Shown: positions 28,693-39,846, numbered from the stretch's first letter. The stretch is DNA of 64,000 nt from Gemmatimonadales bacterium (GCA_035574255.1 DATLYZ010000102.1:47194-111193), one strand, 5' to 3'. Program-made: numbers and translations. The notes: a model not told the origin generated them from the sequence alone.

Positions 28693-28875
28693 ATGCTGAT
28701 TCTCAATCGCCGCCAGGGAGAGGCCATCCTCATCGATGGAGGGATACGCATCGTGGTGCTGTCCTCCGATCGCCGGGGGGCCAGGATCGGGATCGAAGCG
28801 CCGTCCCACGTGAATATCCAGCGCGAGGAACTGCTCAGCCGGGTGGCGAAGGCGACGCCGGACGAGCCGAAGTAA
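28693..28875 (+). CDS. csrA: carbon storage regulator CsrA
   Basis: MLILNRRQGEAILIDGGIRIVVLSSDRRGARIGIEAPSHVNIQREEL is near-canonical CsrA. Confidence 0.9.
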   Translation: MLILNRRQGEAILIDGGIRIVVLSSDRRGARIGIEAPSHVNIQREELLSRVAKATPDEPK

Positions 28876-28884
28876 GGGCCTCTC

Positions 28885-29610
28885 CTACCGCTTCCACCGC
28901 ACCAGCTGGATCGCCACCTCCGCGCCGCTTCCCTCCGGGCCGAGCCTCACCCGCCCGCCCCAGCGCTCCACGAGCAGGCGGACCGCGGTGAGTCCGATCC
29001 CGAGATGGCCTTCCCGGGTGCTCACGAAAGGCTCGAAGGCCCGCTCGGCGAGCCCGGCCGGAAAGCCGGGCCCGTCGTCTTGCACCAGGATCTCCACCCC
29101 CTCGCCGTGGGCCCGCGCCCCGAGCACCAGGCGTCCTCCCGCCGGCGCAGCGGCTTCCTTGGCGTTCTTGATCAGGCTGAGCAGGGCGTGCCGCAGGTCG
29201 GTCTCGACCGCGCGGACCGGCGGTAGCCCGCCGGCCGACCGCACCTCGACGTGCATGGCCGGGAGGGCCTTCTGGAACCGCTGCAACTCCGCCACTTCGG
29301 CGAGGACATCCTCCGCAATCACCGGTTCCAGGTCGCGTGGAGGGGTGGCGAACACGGTACCGAAGCGCTCCACCGCGGCGGCGAGATGGTCAACCGCGCC
29401 GGCCGCGTGGCCCTGCACGCTGGCCTCGTCCGCGGCGGAGCGCGGCGCTCCTGAGTGGGAGAGCAGCGTCAGAATCTGGAGCGCGCCGCGGCTGTCGTGC
29501 ACCATGCCGCGAACCAGGGAACCCGAGACCGAGGCCCAATCGGCCCGGATCAGGAGTGCTTCGAGGCACTCGACGGGGGCGGCTCGCGTCCAGTCGGGTG
29601 GAAGGGGCAT
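28885..29610 (-). CDS. soluble sensor histidine kinase without TM or recognisable sensor domain
   Basis: H-box VHDSRGALQ, N-box LIKNAKEA, G1 VQDDGPGF and G2 GIGL. 241 aa. Confidence 0.7.
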   Translation of the reverse strand: MPLPPDWTRAAPVECLEALLIRADWASVSGSLVRGMVHDSRGALQILTLLSHSGAPRSAADEASVQGHAAGAVDHLAAAVERFGTVFATPPRDLEPVIAEDVLAEVAELQRFQKALPAMHVEVRSAGGLPPVRAVETDLRHALLSLIKNAKEAAAPAGGRLVLGARAHGEGVEILVQDDGPGFPAGLAERAFEPFVSTREGHLGIGLTAVRLLVERWGGRVRLGPEGSGAEVAIQLVRWKR

Positions 29611-30151
29611 GGCTGCGGGTCGCTCGGGGAGGTGGCGCCCGGTATCCTACGGCTGGGCCCGGCGAGGTTGCAACGCGATGGCATCGCCGAGTCCGCCAGC
29701 GGCCGGGATGCGAAAGGACGGCGGGGCGGCCGTCCGGCCGCCCCGCGGCGTTGGGGGTCTCGAACTCGAACCGCGGGCTGACCTCAGGCGGATCGTCTGC
29801 TGAAGGCGCGCACCAGCCTGGCGGCAGTCTCGTTGGTTCCCACCAAGAGCACGAACAAAGCCTTGAGCATGCGCCCTCCTTTCGCGCAGCGATCCCTGTC
29901 CGGGGCGACCGTCCTGCCCCTGCGGGCCATCCCCGCAACTTCCGCACCAGCCTGATTCGCCCTTCGGCCGGATCTGCTCCAGCCACTAAACGACGACTTG
30001 CCAACCACTTATCCCCTCAGTCGAGGCGCCGGGGTTCCATCGCCTGTGTACACCGGGCACGCGCACATCTGCCACGGAACGACACCGATCCGAAGCCTGT
30101 CGGGATCGAGCGGAGTTCCGTATTCATGAAGACACCTTTCGGAGGTTTCCA

Positions 30152-30991
30152 TTGCCTCGACTGCAGCCGCGCCGCTCCCGACTCGCCTCACCACTCGTGC
30201 TGGCCTTGGCACCGGGATTCCTGGCTGCCCAGGACCCCAGCCTGCCGGATGCGGCCGTGGCCGACAATTCCTTCTTCATCGAGGAAGGGTACAACCAGGA
30301 ACCGGGAGTGGTGCAGCATATCAGTACGTTCACGGCGGCTGGCCGCTCCAATCGCGATCTCTCCTATACCCTCACACAGGAGTGGCCGTTCCGAGGCCAG
30401 CGGCACCAGCTGAGCTACACCGTTCCCGTGGTGCGGCCCTCGGGGGGCGGGGGTGGCCTCGGCGACGTGCTGCTCAACTACCGCCTGCAGGTGGGCGCAG
30501 GTTCCCGGCGCTGGGCGCTGGCCCCGCGACTCTCCCTGGTCCTCCCGACCGGCAGCGTCACCCAGGGTCGAGGGGACGGAAGTCTCGGCGTCCAGGCCAA
30601 CCTCCCATTCAGCTACCAGCTCTCCCGGGCCGTCGTCACCCACTGGAATGCGGGTCTGACCCACCTGCCCGGGGCCCAGGGCCTGGTCCAGACCGGCGGG
30701 CGAGTCCGGCGTACGCTGACGGACTACCATCTGGGCGGGAGCATCGTGGCGCCGGCGCATCTGCCGCTCCAGCTCCTGCTGGAGAGCGTCGTCACCTTCG
30801 AGAGCGAGATCACGGGCACCGGCCGGGTGGACCGCTCGGCCGTTTGGATCGCGAGTCCGGGGGTCCGAGGGGCCGTCAACCTCGGTGGGGTGCAGATCGT
30901 GCCGGGATTCGCGGTGCCGGTTGCCTGGACCCGTGGCGAGGCCGATTCCGATCTTTTCTTCTACCTCTCCCTGGAGCACCGCTTTCAGTAA
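30152..30991 (+). CDS. outer-membrane beta-barrel protein (MetA-pathway/transporter-like)
   Basis: TTG start 6 nt after GGAGG. Signal peptide ending AAQ, an alternating beta-strand pattern, and C-terminal LSLEHRFQ. The family call is tentative. Confidence 0.5.
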   Translation: MPRLQPRRSRLASPLVLALAPGFLAAQDPSLPDAAVADNSFFIEEGYNQEPGVVQHISTFTAAGRSNRDLSYTLTQEWPFRGQRHQLSYTVPVVRPSGGGGGLGDVLLNYRLQVGAGSRRWALAPRLSLVLPTGSVTQGRGDGSLGVQANLPFSYQLSRAVVTHWNAGLTHLPGAQGLVQTGGRVRRTLTDYHLGGSIVAPAHLPLQLLLESVVTFESEITGTGRVDRSAVWIASPGVRGAVNLGGVQIVPGFAVPVAWTRGEADSDLFFYLSLEHRFQ

Positions 30992-31113
30992 TCAGGCTCG
31001 GGGCATGGCGGGGGGCCTGTGCTTGCCGTTCTCGCTCAGGATTTTGCCCCACCGGGCCGATGATCCAAGATGGCGGGTGCTTTCCGCCGGGCCTGCGGCC
31101 ACGGAGGAACTCG

Positions 31114-33453
31114 ATGCGGAGTCTCCGAACCCAGATGGCGATGCTGGGGGCGGTCGTTGTGTTCGTCATCGGCATCGTCGTGGCGGCCGACGCGTTCCTC
31201 CTCCGGGAAGGGCGCCGGCCGCGCCTCGAAGAAAGCGCCACCTGGGGCGAGGTCAGTCGCGACGTCTTGGTTGCTGGGCTGGGCGCGGCCCTGCTGGTCC
31301 TCCTCGCCCTGGCCGCGAGGCGGCTCTTCCTCGCGCCCTCGGCGCGGATCGCGGCGCAGCTCGAGCGCATGCAGGCGGAGGGCACCGTGGAGCACCTCGA
31401 CACCGGGGTGCCGGCCCGCGACGAGGCGCTGGCGCTGGCCCAGGCCAGGAGCGACTTCCTGGCCAGCGTGAGCCACGAGATCCGGACCCCGGTCAACGGC
31501 ATACTCGGCATGGTCGGGCTCCTGCTCGAGACCCGGCTCGACGCGGAGCAGCGGGACTATGCGCTCACCATTCAGCGATCGGGCCACGCGCTGCTCGCCA
31601 TCATCAACGATATCCTCGACCTCTCGAAGATCGAGGTGGGGCAGCTCGCGATCGAGCCGCTCCCCTTCGATCTCCGGGTGGCGGTGGAAGAGGTGGGCGA
31701 ATTGCTGGCCTCGCGGGCCCAGGAGAAGGGACTCGACTTCGTGATCCGGGTGGCGCCGGAAGCGCCGCGCCGAGTGGTCGGCGACCCCGGGCGGATTCGC
31801 CAGGTCCTGATCAATCTGGTCGGGAACGCCATCAAGTTCACCGAACGGGGTTTCGTTCGGGTGAACGTGGAGCTGGCCGGTGAAGCGGAGGGCAAGGCCA
31901 GGCTCCGATTCGCGGTCGAGGACAGCGGCATCGGGATTCCTCGATCGAAGCTGGAGCGGATCTTCGATTGTTTCACCCAGGCGGCATCCGCAGGGTGGCG
32001 GCGGCCGGGTGGCACGGGTCTCGGGCTCGCCATCTGCCGGGAGTTGGCCGCGCTCATGGGGGGACGGCTCTCGGTGGAGAGCGAGGAAGGCCAGGGGAGC
32101 CGCTTCACGCTGGAGCTGGAGCTTCCGGTCGACCGCACCGTTCCGGACGCGGCCCCCCCGCAGTCGGGGATCGAGGGTGTCCGGGTACTGGTGGCGGACC
32201 CGGACGAGGCTAACCGCACCGTGCTCCTCGAGCGCATCGCCGCCGCCGGGGCGGAGGTGGAACCCGCGGCGACGGGCGCGCAGGCGATCGCGGCGATCGG
32301 GCGGGCGGACCGAAGCGGAGCCCCGTTCGGGATGGTGATCCTGGATGCCGGCCTGCCTGACGTTGGCCCGTCGCAACTGGTCGAGCTATTCGGGGCGCTG
32401 CGCCTGGGCGCTCGGCCGGTGCTGGTGCTGGTCACGGCGCACGGCCGCCCCGGCGAGGGGCGGCGCTACGCGGAGCTGGGGTTTGCCGCGTACTTCGTGA
32501 AGCCGGTCCGGGAGGCCGATCTCCGAGAGGGGTTGGCCCTGGCCTGGCGCCGGCGCCGCCTTCCCGGGCCGCAACCGCTCATCACCCGACATTCGCTGGC
32601 GGAAGCCAGGGCGGCGGCCCGTCCCGGCCTGCCGCCGGCGCCCCGGCCAGCGCCCCTGCGCGTGCTCCTCGCGGAAGACAATGCCGTCAACCAGCAGCTC
32701 GCCGTGTCACTGCTCGAACGGCTGGGGTGTCGGGTTGAGGTCGCCGGGAGCGGACGGGAGGCGGTCTCCCTGGTGGCGCGCCGGCCGTACGACCTCGTGT
32801 TCATGGACTGCCAGATGCCGGAGATGGACGGCTACGAGACAGCCAGGCAGATTCGCGCATCCGACGCGCCCTCGGCTCGGGTGCCGATTGTCGCGCTCAC
32901 CGCGAGTGCGGTCGAGGGTGAACGGGAGCGCTGCCTTGCCGCCGGCATGAACGATTACCTCACCAAGCCCATCAGCCTGGAAGCGCTGGCGGCGATGCTG
33001 GCGAGCTGGACCGGGGCGGGGCCTCCGGGAGCGCCTGGGGCTGGCGGCCCGGCGAGCGAGGCCGGATCGGTGGCCGCCGGGCAGAGCGGCGCCCTCGACC
33101 CCACCCCGCTCGACCAGCTCCGCCAGCTCGACGCCGGGCTGGCGCGCGAAATCTGCCGTATCTTCCTCTCCGAAACCCCGCTCCGGCTGATTGAACTCTC
33201 CCGCGCCGTGGAGGACGGGCAGATCGCCGACATCCAGCGGGTGGCCCATTCTCTCAAGGGGTCGTGTCTCATGATCGGGGCACGGGACCTCGGCCTCCGC
33301 GCCGAAGTGCTGGAGCGCCAGGCGGCGGCCGGCGCGCTGCATCAGGCCGGGGAGCAGATGAGCCGGATCTGGGAAGCGTGGCGGGCGGTGCAGCCGCTGG
33401 TGGAGCAGGTGGAGCGGGCTCAGCCAGCCGCCGTTGCCGGGAGCTCGGCGTAG
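31114..33453 (+). CDS. unorthodox hybrid sensor kinase (2 TM, HisKA, HATPase, REC, REC, HPt)
   Basis: [18 protein letters not shown]; [12 protein letters not shown]; REC with [16 protein letters not shown]; HPt with [15 protein letters not shown] 31114 follows GGAGGA. Confidence 0.85.
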   Translation: MRSLRTQMAMLGAVVVFVIGIVVAADAFLLREGRRPRLEESATWGEVSRDVLVAGLGAALLVLLALAARRLFLAPSARIAAQLERMQAEGTVEHLDTGVPARDEALALAQARSDFLASVSHEIRTPVNGILGMVGLLLETRLDAEQRDYALTIQRSGHALLAIINDILDLSKIEVGQLAIEPLPFDLRVAVEEVGELLASRAQEKGLDFVIRVAPEAPRRVVGDPGRIRQVLINLVGNAIKFTERGFVRVNVELAGEAEGKARLRFAVEDSGIGIPRSKLERIFDCFTQAASAGWRRPGGTGLGLAICRELAALMGGRLSVESEEGQGSRFTLELELPVDRTVPDAAPPQSGIEGVRVLVADPDEANRTVLLERIAAAGAEVEPAATGAQAIAAIGRADRSGAPFGMVILDAGLPDVGPSQLVELFGALRLGARPVLVLVTAHGRPGEGRRYAELGFAAYFVKPVREADLREGLALAWRRRRLPGPQPLITRHSLAEARAAARPGLPPAPRPAPLRVLLAEDNAVNQQLAVSLLERLGCRVEVAGSGREAVSLVARRPYDLVFMDCQMPEMDGYETARQIRASDAPSARVPIVALTASAVEGERERCLAAGMNDYLTKPISLEALAAMLASWTGAGPPGAPGAGGPASEAGSVAAGQSGALDPTPLDQLRQLDAGLAREICRIFLSETPLRLIELSRAVEDGQIADIQRVAHSLKGSCLMIGARDLGLRAEVLERQAAAGALHQAGEQMSRIWEAWRAVQPLVEQVERAQPAAVAGSSA

Positions 33454-34403
33454 TGGCAGGCGACCACTGACCGCCCCAGGGTCCTGAGCGCGGGTTCCTC
33501 GGCGGCGCAGCGGACGTCACGCGCGGGGTGAAAGCAGCGGGTGTGGAACCGGCAGCCCGGGGGCGGGTTGGCGGGGCTGGGCGGGTCGCCGGGGAGAATG
33601 ATCCGGCTCCGCTTGGTGACCGGATCGGGGACGGGCACGGCCGAGAGAAGCGCCTGGGTGTAGGGGTGCCGTGGCGAGCCCAGCACCTCGTCCGTGGGGC
33701 CGAGCTCGACGATCTTCCCCAGGTACATCACCGCCACCCGTTGCGCGATCTGCCGCACCACGGCCAGGTCGTGCGCGATGAACAGATAGGACAGACCCCG
33801 GCTCCGCTGGAGGTCCAGCAGCAGGTTGATGATCTGGGCCTGGACCGACACATCGAGGGCCGAGACCGGTTCGTCGCACACCAGGAAGGCCGGCTCGACG
33901 GCGAGCGCGCGCGCGATCCCGATCCGTTGGCGCTGGCCGCCGGAGAACTCGTGCGGATAGCGCGACGCGTAGGCGGGATCGAGGCCCACCTCCTCCAGGA
34001 GCGACGCTACCCGCCGCGGGATCTCCGCCCGGGGCGCCAGCCGGTGGATTTCCAGCCCCTCCGCCACCGCCTCGCCGATCCGCATCCGCGGGTTGAGCGA
34101 GCTGTACGGATCCTGGAAGATGATCTGCATGCGCCGGCGCAGGGCTCGGAGCGCCGCGGGCTCGAGGGCGAAGACGTCCTGGCCGTCGAACACCACCTGG
34201 CCGGCGGTCGCGTCCAGGAGCCGGAGGATGGTGCGTCCCACGGTGGACTTGCCGGAGCCCGATTCGCCCACCAGGGCCAGCGTCTCCCCCCGGTCAATGG
34301 TAAACGACACGCCGTCCACGGCCCTGATGGGCGCCTGCCCTCGTCGGAACAGACCCGCGGGGAGGTAGTGTTTGACGAGGTTCCGGACTTCGAGCAGGGG
34401 CAT
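33420..34403 (-). CDS. peptide ABC transporter ATP-binding protein (OppF/DppF-like)
   Basis: Walker [10 protein letters not shown], signature FSGGQRQR, Walker [13 protein letters not shown], and a C-terminal oligopeptide-type extension. Confidence 0.85.
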   Translation of the reverse strand: MPLLEVRNLVKHYLPAGLFRRGQAPIRAVDGVSFTIDRGETLALVGESGSGKSTVGRTILRLLDATAGQVVFDGQDVFALEPAALRALRRRMQIIFQDPYSSLNPRMRIGEAVAEGLEIHRLAPRAEIPRRVASLLEEVGLDPAYASRYPHEFSGGQRQRIGIARALAVEPAFLVCDEPVSALDVSVQAQIINLLLDLQRSRGLSYLFIAHDLAVVRQIAQRVAVMYLGKIVELGPTDEVLGSPRHPYTQALLSAVPVPDPVTKRSRIILPGDPPSPANPPPGCRFHTRCFHPARDVRCAAEEPALRTLGRSVVACHYAELPATAAG

Positions 34404-34516
34404 CGTGGCTCCAGGCCCAGTGCCGCGTGCGGGGTTCCGCCGGCTGCGTTCGGCGATCGGCACCGCGTCAGGTGCGGGACCCGGGCGGCCGCCGGGTGCC
34501 GCGCTCGCTGCCGCGG

Positions 34517-35488
34517 TCAGGGGTTCGTTTCTCCCAGCCAGCACCGCATCCAGTGCCCCTCGCCGAGCGGGACCACGGGCGGTTCGGTCCGGCAGCGCTC
34601 CATTCGCCTGGGGCAGCGGGGGTGGAATCGGCATCCCTCGGGCCAGGCGGTGGCGGAGGGCACCATACCCGGAATCGGGGTGAGGCGACCCGGGGGACCG
34701 GTAAGCCGCGGCATCGAGGCGAAGAGCCCCTGGGTGTAGGGGTGCGACGGGCTGGCGAAGAGGCGACTGGTGGAGGCCTCCTCGACGATGCGGCCGCCGT
34801 ACATCACGGCCACCCGGTCGGCCCGGCCGGCCACGATGCCGAGGTCGTGGGTGATGAGGAGGACCGCCATCCCGCGCGCCGCCCGCAGCCGGTCGAGGAC
34901 CTCGAGGATCTGGGCCTGCACCGTCACGTCGAGCGCGGTGGTGGGCTCGTCGGCGATCAGGAGCTCCGGCTCCGCCGCCAGTGCGATCGCGATCATGACG
35001 CGCTGCCGCATGCCCCCGCTCAGCTGATGCGGGTAACTTGCGAGGCGGGCTCGCGGGTCGGGGATCCCGACCTCGGCGAGGAGGGCCGCGGCCCGCTCCC
35101 GGGCCTCGCGCCGGGAGACCGGGAAATGGGCCCGGATCCCCTCGGCGATCTGGTCGCCCACCGTGAACACCGGGTTCAGGCTGGTCATCGGGTCCTGAAA
35201 GATCATCCCCACCCTCCGCCCGCGAATCCGGCGCAACGCCTCCCCTTCGAGGGCCAGCACATCGGTGCCGTCGAGGCGGATCGTGCTCCCGGGCTCGATG
35301 CGCCCCGGCGGCGGCACGAGCCGGAGGATCGCCAGGCTGGTCAGGCTCTTGCCGGAGCCCGATTCGCCCACCAGGGCGAGCGTCTCGCTCCGCGCGAGGG
35401 TGAAGCTCACCCCGTCCACCGCCCGCGCAGGGCCGGCGGCCGTGGGAAAGGTGATCCGAAGATCGGCAACCTCGAGCAGGGGGGTCAT
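34517..35488 (-). CDS. peptide ABC transporter ATP-binding protein (OppD/DppD-like)
   Basis: [16 protein letters not shown] and [12 protein letters not shown]. Confidence 0.85.
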   Translation of the reverse strand: MTPLLEVADLRITFPTAAGPARAVDGVSFTLARSETLALVGESGSGKSLTSLAILRLVPPPGRIEPGSTIRLDGTDVLALEGEALRRIRGRRVGMIFQDPMTSLNPVFTVGDQIAEGIRAHFPVSRREARERAAALLAEVGIPDPRARLASYPHQLSGGMRQRVMIAIALAAEPELLIADEPTTALDVTVQAQILEVLDRLRAARGMAVLLITHDLGIVAGRADRVAVMYGGRIVEEASTSRLFASPSHPYTQGLFASMPRLTGPPGRLTPIPGMVPSATAWPEGCRFHPRCPRRMERCRTEPPVVPLGEGHWMRCWLGETNP

Positions 35489-36327
35489 GCCGGACCGGAG
35501 TCGGAGTCCTCCTGGAGCGCCTCGCCTACCAGCTGGACGGCCAGCACCGTGAGGACGATGGCCAGGCCGGGGGCCAGGCTCATCCAGGGAGCGGCGACGA
35601 GGTACGGCTTGGCGTCGTAGATCATCCCGCCCCAGGTGGGCGTCGGCGGCTGCACCCCGAGCCCGAGGAAGGAGAGTCCTGCCTCGAGGAGGATCACGTC
35701 GCCCACGGCGAGTGTCGTGGCCACCGTGAGGGGGGGCGCCACGTTCGGTAACAGGTGGCGAAAGATAATCCAGCCGGGGCCTGCGCCCAGCGCGCGGGCC
35801 GCGCCCACGAAGTCCAGAGTCCGGAGGCGGAGCACTTCGGCCCGCACCAGGCGGCTGGTGCCGAACCAGCCGGTGACCCCGATGACGGCGACCAGCGCGG
35901 GGAGCGGGATCCGCTCCAGGCTTGCCACCATGAGCAGCAGGAGGAAGAGCCGGGGGACCGCCAGGGCGCCGTCCACGAGGCGCATGAGCGCCGCATCGAG
36001 CCAGCCGCCGGTGTAGCCCGCCACGAGGCCCACCAGGAGTCCGAGCGTCATCGAGAGGACCACGGCGCCGGTCGCGATCGCGAGCGACACCCGGGCGCCG
36101 TACACCACCCGGGCCAGGACGTCTCGGCTCAGGTGGTCGGTGCCTAACCAGTGCGCGGCCGAGGGGCGCGCGAGCGCGCCGCCCACCACGTCGGGCTGGG
36201 CCCGGGGGTCCTGGAGGAACGGCGGCACGGCGACGGCGGCCAGGAGGAGCCCGAGCAGGACGGCGGCACCGGCCCGCCCCCCGCTCCGGCGCCAGATCCG
36301 GCGCCAGGGCGAACCGGGCCGGGTCAT
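35485..36327 (-). CDS. peptide ABC transporter permease (OppC/DppC-like)
   Basis: Six TM segments and a BPD_transp_1-like core. ATGA overlaps on both sides. ATG at 36327. Confidence 0.85.
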   Translation of the reverse strand: MTRPGSPWRRIWRRSGGRAGAAVLLGLLLAAVAVPPFLQDPRAQPDVVGGALARPSAAHWLGTDHLSRDVLARVVYGARVSLAIATGAVVLSMTLGLLVGLVAGYTGGWLDAALMRLVDGALAVPRLFLLLLMVASLERIPLPALVAVIGVTGWFGTSRLVRAEVLRLRTLDFVGAARALGAGPGWIIFRHLLPNVAPPLTVATTLAVGDVILLEAGLSFLGLGVQPPTPTWGGMIYDAKPYLVAAPWMSLAPGLAIVLTVLAVQLVGEALQEDSDSGPA

Positions 36328-37307
36328 GCCCCTCCCCCCCCCACGCGCGGGTCCACGAGGCGCTGGAGGCCGTCGGCGAGGAGATTGCCGAGGACGACCA
36401 CGCCCGACACCAGCAGGGCGCACCCCATGATCACGGGATAGTCGCGGCTGCCGATGGCCTGGGCCGCCAGGGTCCCCAGGCCGGGCCACGCGAACACCGC
36501 TTCCACGAAAACCGACCCCGCCACCAGCAGGGGGAGCCAGAGCCCGAAGAGGGTGAGCACCGGGGTGAGCGCGTTCCGCCAGGCGTGGCGCCAGTACACG
36601 GCCCTCGGCGGCAGGCCCTTCATCTGCGCCGTGCGGACGTAGTCTTGGCGCAGCACCTCCAGCATCGCGGCGCGCTGGTGCCGGATGGTGGCGGCGATGG
36701 TCACGGCCGACAAGGTGAACACCGGCAGGACGAGGTGGCGCAGCAGGTCGCCGAGGCGGGCGAGCCAGCCCGCGTCGGCGGGGAGCCAGGGGCTCCGCAT
36801 CCCGGCCACCGGGAGCCAGTGCAACGTGGTCCCGAAGAGCCAGGCGAGCACGAGGCCGAGCCAGAACGAGGGCGTGGCGTACGCGGCGAGGGTGAGGGCG
36901 GTGAGGATGCGATCCGCCCGGGTGTGGCGGCGCCGCGCCTGCCACACCCCGAGCCAGAGGCCCACCGTGAAGTTGAGAGCCAGCACGGTACCGCCCAGGA
37001 GCAGGGTGGCCGGCAGCCGTTCCGCGAGCAGCCGGGTAACCGGCCGGCCCTGCTCGATCGAGAGCCCGAGGTCTCCGGTGCCCACCCCGCGGAGGAACGC
37101 GGCGAACTGCCGGAGCGGCGGCTGGTCGAGTCCGTATCGGGCCCGGAGCGAGGCGATGGCCTCAGGGGGGAGCGGGCGGTCCTCCGAGAGCCGGGCGAGG
37201 GGGTCGCCCGGCGTGACGCGCATGAGAAAGAAAATGATGATGACGGCGAGCACGTAGGTCGCGGCAGCCTGCAGCGCGCGGCGGAAGAGCCAGCTCGCTC
37301 CCGTCAT
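36324..37307 (-). CDS. peptide ABC transporter permease (OppB/DppB-like)
   Basis: N-terminus RRALQAAATYVLAVIIIFFLMRVTPGDP is typical of OppB/DppB. Confidence 0.85.
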   Translation of the reverse strand: MTGASWLFRRALQAAATYVLAVIIIFFLMRVTPGDPLARLSEDRPLPPEAIASLRARYGLDQPPLRQFAAFLRGVGTGDLGLSIEQGRPVTRLLAERLPATLLLGGTVLALNFTVGLWLGVWQARRRHTRADRILTALTLAAYATPSFWLGLVLAWLFGTTLHWLPVAGMRSPWLPADAGWLARLGDLLRHLVLPVFTLSAVTIAATIRHQRAAMLEVLRQDYVRTAQMKGLPPRAVYWRHAWRNALTPVLTLFGLWLPLLVAGSVFVEAVFAWPGLGTLAAQAIGSRDYPVIMGCALLVSGVVVLGNLLADGLQRLVDPRVGGGGA

Positions 37308-37313
37308 CTCAGC

Positions 37314-38948
37314 TCATTCCCGGTCTCGCGGGAGTTCGGCTCCCGGCCTGACCCTCCAGCGCCACACCTCGGACCAGGGGGAGTCGGGGCGCAGCACGAC
37401 GCCCTGGAAGCGGCGGTGCACCAGAGGCACCGACTCGGGAGCATACAGAAAGAGGGCCGGCGCGTCGTCGGCAAGGATCCGGAGCGCCTCAGGCCAGAGC
37501 CGGCCCGGGTCTCCCCGGCCCTCGGTGGCCCGCGCGATCAGGCTGTCGAGCGCGGGGTTGCAGTAGTGCGCCACATTGGACCCCCCGATCCCGGCGCAGG
37601 ACCAGCTCTGCACCAGTCCCGACGGGGTGGGATCCTGGGTGACGGACCAGAACTCGAGATCGAACTGGCCGGCCCGGCGGCGGGACACATAGGCCGCCGG
37701 CTCGAGGGTCTGCACCTCGAGCCGGATACCGAACGCGCGCCATTGTTCCTGAACCTGCTGGGCCATGGCCCGGCGCGGGGCGGAGGTGGCCGGCACGATG
37801 AGGGTGAGGGCGAGCGGAGTGCCCTGGTGGTCGAGGACGCCGTCCCCGTCGCTGTCACGCCATCCCTGGCCGCCCAGCAGGCGGCGCGCTTCGGCGGGAT
37901 CGAACGGCCGCGGGCGAGGAGGCCGGATGTTTCGCGCCACGACCTGGGAGATCGGGACGTCCGTGAGCACCGTATGGTTGCCGTAAACCGACCGGGCGAT
38001 GCGCTCGCGGTCGAGGCTCTGGATCAGAGCCCGGCGCACGGCCGGATTCGAGAGAATCGGGTGTGGCCGCGCCGTGTCGGCCGGATCGCGCTGGTTGAAC
38101 GTCAGGTAACCCAGGGTGAGGCTCGGGCCGGGGAAGCTCTGCAGGGCGGGTGCCCGGAGCAGCCGCTCCGGGTTGGGGTAGTTGTAGGCGTTGTCCAGCG
38201 CGTCGGCCTGACCGGCCAGGACCAGGTTCACCCGCGCCTCGGGGTCCGAGGCGAACAGGAAGATCACCCGCCCGATCCCGGGGCGGCCGAGGAAGAAATC
38301 GGGATCGGCGGCGAGCGCGATGAGCTGGCCCGGTTCCCGGCGCACCCAGCGATACGGACCGGTGCCGATCGGATGCCGGCCGAAGGATCCCGCGCTGACC
38401 GAGTCAGGCGGCAGACCCTCCAGGAGGTGCGCCGGCAGCAGGGGGACGTGATAGACCGCGTCGTAGAGCTGCTCGGGGTACGCGTCGGTGAAGGTGAAGG
38501 CTACCCGGCGATCGCCCTCCGCGGTCACCGAGCGAATCCGGCGGAGGAGGACGGCGAGCTGGCGGTCCAGGGTGGTATCGCGGGCCCGGGCGAAGGTGAA
38601 CACGACATCGCGCGCGGTGACCGGGCTTCCGTCGTGCCAGCGCGCCCGCGGGTCGAGCTCGAAGACGAGCGTGCGCGGATCGCGCCGGATCCAGCGCCGC
38701 GCGAGGCGGGGGATGAAGCTCGCCTCGTCGGTGGTCGAGAGCGAGGGCCCGAGATCGGCCAGCCGCAGGAACAGGAGGTCGGAGACCTCGCGGTTGGCGT
38801 TGTCGTTCCGGAAGAGCGTGGGGATCGGGGTGGGTGCCTCGCGGGGCGCGGCGATGACCAGGGTGCCGGCCTGCGGTGCGGCCGCGCCGGGCGCGGCGAG
38901 GACCAGCAGGAACGACCAGCGGACCAGACGCCGGGGGGCAGGGGCCAT
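37314..38948 (-). CDS. ABC transporter substrate-binding protein, family 5 (peptide/nickel)
   Basis: Signal peptide and a 544-aa SBP_bac_5-like sequence. First gene of the ABC operon. Confidence 0.85.
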   Translation of the reverse strand: MAPAPRRLVRWSFLLVLAAPGAAAPQAGTLVIAAPREAPTPIPTLFRNDNANREVSDLLFLRLADLGPSLSTTDEASFIPRLARRWIRRDPRTLVFELDPRARWHDGSPVTARDVVFTFARARDTTLDRQLAVLLRRIRSVTAEGDRRVAFTFTDAYPEQLYDAVYHVPLLPAHLLEGLPPDSVSAGSFGRHPIGTGPYRWVRREPGQLIALAADPDFFLGRPGIGRVIFLFASDPEARVNLVLAGQADALDNAYNYPNPERLLRAPALQSFPGPSLTLGYLTFNQRDPADTARPHPILSNPAVRRALIQSLDRERIARSVYGNHTVLTDVPISQVVARNIRPPRPRPFDPAEARRLLGGQGWRDSDGDGVLDHQGTPLALTLIVPATSAPRRAMAQQVQEQWRAFGIRLEVQTLEPAAYVSRRRAGQFDLEFWSVTQDPTPSGLVQSWSCAGIGGSNVAHYCNPALDSLIARATEGRGDPGRLWPEALRILADDAPALFLYAPESVPLVHRRFQGVVLRPDSPWSEVWRWRVRPGAELPRDRE

Positions 38949-39000
38949 TCCTTAACCTACCGAGCGGCCCGGCCGCCACGCCACGCTCCGGGGCACCGGT

Positions 39001-39846
39001 TCAGCGCCGCCAGGTCCAGGCGGGATCGCGGAACGCCGGGCCGAGTGCCTCGGCCCGGCGGGCGAGCGGAGCGGGCGTGGTGCCGAGTCTCGTGACCGGG
39101 CCCCAGGTGTCCTCGAGCACCTCGGCGATCGCGGCGGCGACCTCGTCGAACGCCACCCGGCGTCCGAGGAGACCGTGCAGGGTGGCCTCCCGAGGCCTCC
39201 TCGGGGTCTCCGGGGAGCGGGCGACCTCCGTCACGAGCGACTGATCGTCCTCGAGGAGCACGCTTCCGTGCTGCAGCACGGCGCCGCCCTGCCGGAGCTG
39301 TGCGCTGCCCACCAGCTTCCGGCCTCCGGCGGTGATCTCGCCGCCTGCCGCGCTGGCGAAGCACGCGCCGGCGCCGGGCGACTCGGCCGGCCGGGCCGGC
39401 GCCAGTTCCACCGGCGCGCCGAGCCGCGCGAGCCCGGCCGCGATCAGGCGGTGGATCCGGTGGTAGCTCTCCTGGTGCCCCCCGAGCGCCCCCACCGGGG
39501 CGGCCACCGCGTAGGTCAGCTCCCGAGCGTGCCACACCGCGCGACCCCCGGTGGGTCGCCGCACCACGTCGAGCCCCCTCCGCGTGATCGCGTCACGGTC
39601 GTAGCGCCGGAGCGCCGGTTCGTGGCGACCGAAGGACAGCGCGAAGGGATCCCACCGGTACAATCGCACGATGCCATGTCCGGTCCGTTCGGCGTGTTCC
39701 AGCAGCGCCAGGTCGAGCGCCATGTTGGCCCAGCCGGGCAGGGGCGGCGAGAGGAGGAGCGACCAGGAGAGGGGAGGCCGGGTGGCGGAGGCGCCGGCCC
39801 GGAGCCCGGCATGCGTCCCGGCCTCCAGGTCGGGCAGGCCGGGCAT
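39001..39846 (-). CDS. lipoate-protein ligase / octanoyltransferase family protein (BPL_LplA_LipB domain)
   Basis: NMALDLALLE...RLYRWDPFALSFGRHE...VVRRPTGGRAVWH. ATG 39846 follows GGAG plus 6 nt. The alternative ATG 39888 would overlap gcvP. Confidence 0.7.
   Translation of the reverse strand: MPGLPDLEAGTHAGLRAGASATRPPLSWSLLLSPPLPGWANMALDLALLEHAERTGHGIVRLYRWDPFALSFGRHEPALRRYDRDAITRRGLDVVRRPTGGRAVWHARELTYAVAAPVGALGGHQESYHRIHRLIAAGLARLGAPVELAPARPAESPGAGACFASAAGGEITAGGRKLVGSAQLRQGGAVLQHGSVLLEDDQSLVTEVARSPETPRRPREATLHGLLGRRVAFDEVAAAIAEVLEDTWGPVTRLGTTPAPLARRAEALGPAFRDPAWTWRR

Noticed and set aside
29751-29790. TCGAACTCGAACCGCGGG string resembling the reverse complement of a tRNA T-arm.
   Set aside because: The flanking 5-mers (CTCGA / CCGCG) are not complementary, and no acceptor or anticodon stems can be drawn. 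It is not a tRNA or an obvious tRNA fragment.
29611-30151. CsrB/Rsm-like GGA-rich decoy sRNA near csrA and the GacS/BarA-type hybrid kinase.
   Set aside because: About 15 GGA triplets on the minus strand and fewer on the plus strand, in 540 nt, is close to the roughly 10 expected from base composition. They are not arranged in repeated hairpin loops.
30203-30222. Sigma-54-like TGGCAC-N5-TTCCT; also TGGCAC at 26184 and TGGCAC at 365.
   Set aside because: The first lies inside the barrel-protein coding region and lacks the -12 GC. The others have GG-GC spacing off by one, or no TTGC element.
36331-36345. Homopolymer runs inside coding sequence: C4-T-C9 at the oppB-like 3' end, G9 at 28291-28299 in the sigma-54 regulator and G8 at 9272-9279 in the epimerase.
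   Set aside because: All are read in frame as Gly/Pro codons, and the reading frames continue with intact motifs on both sides. There is no evidence of a frameshift or phase-variable truncation in this sequence.
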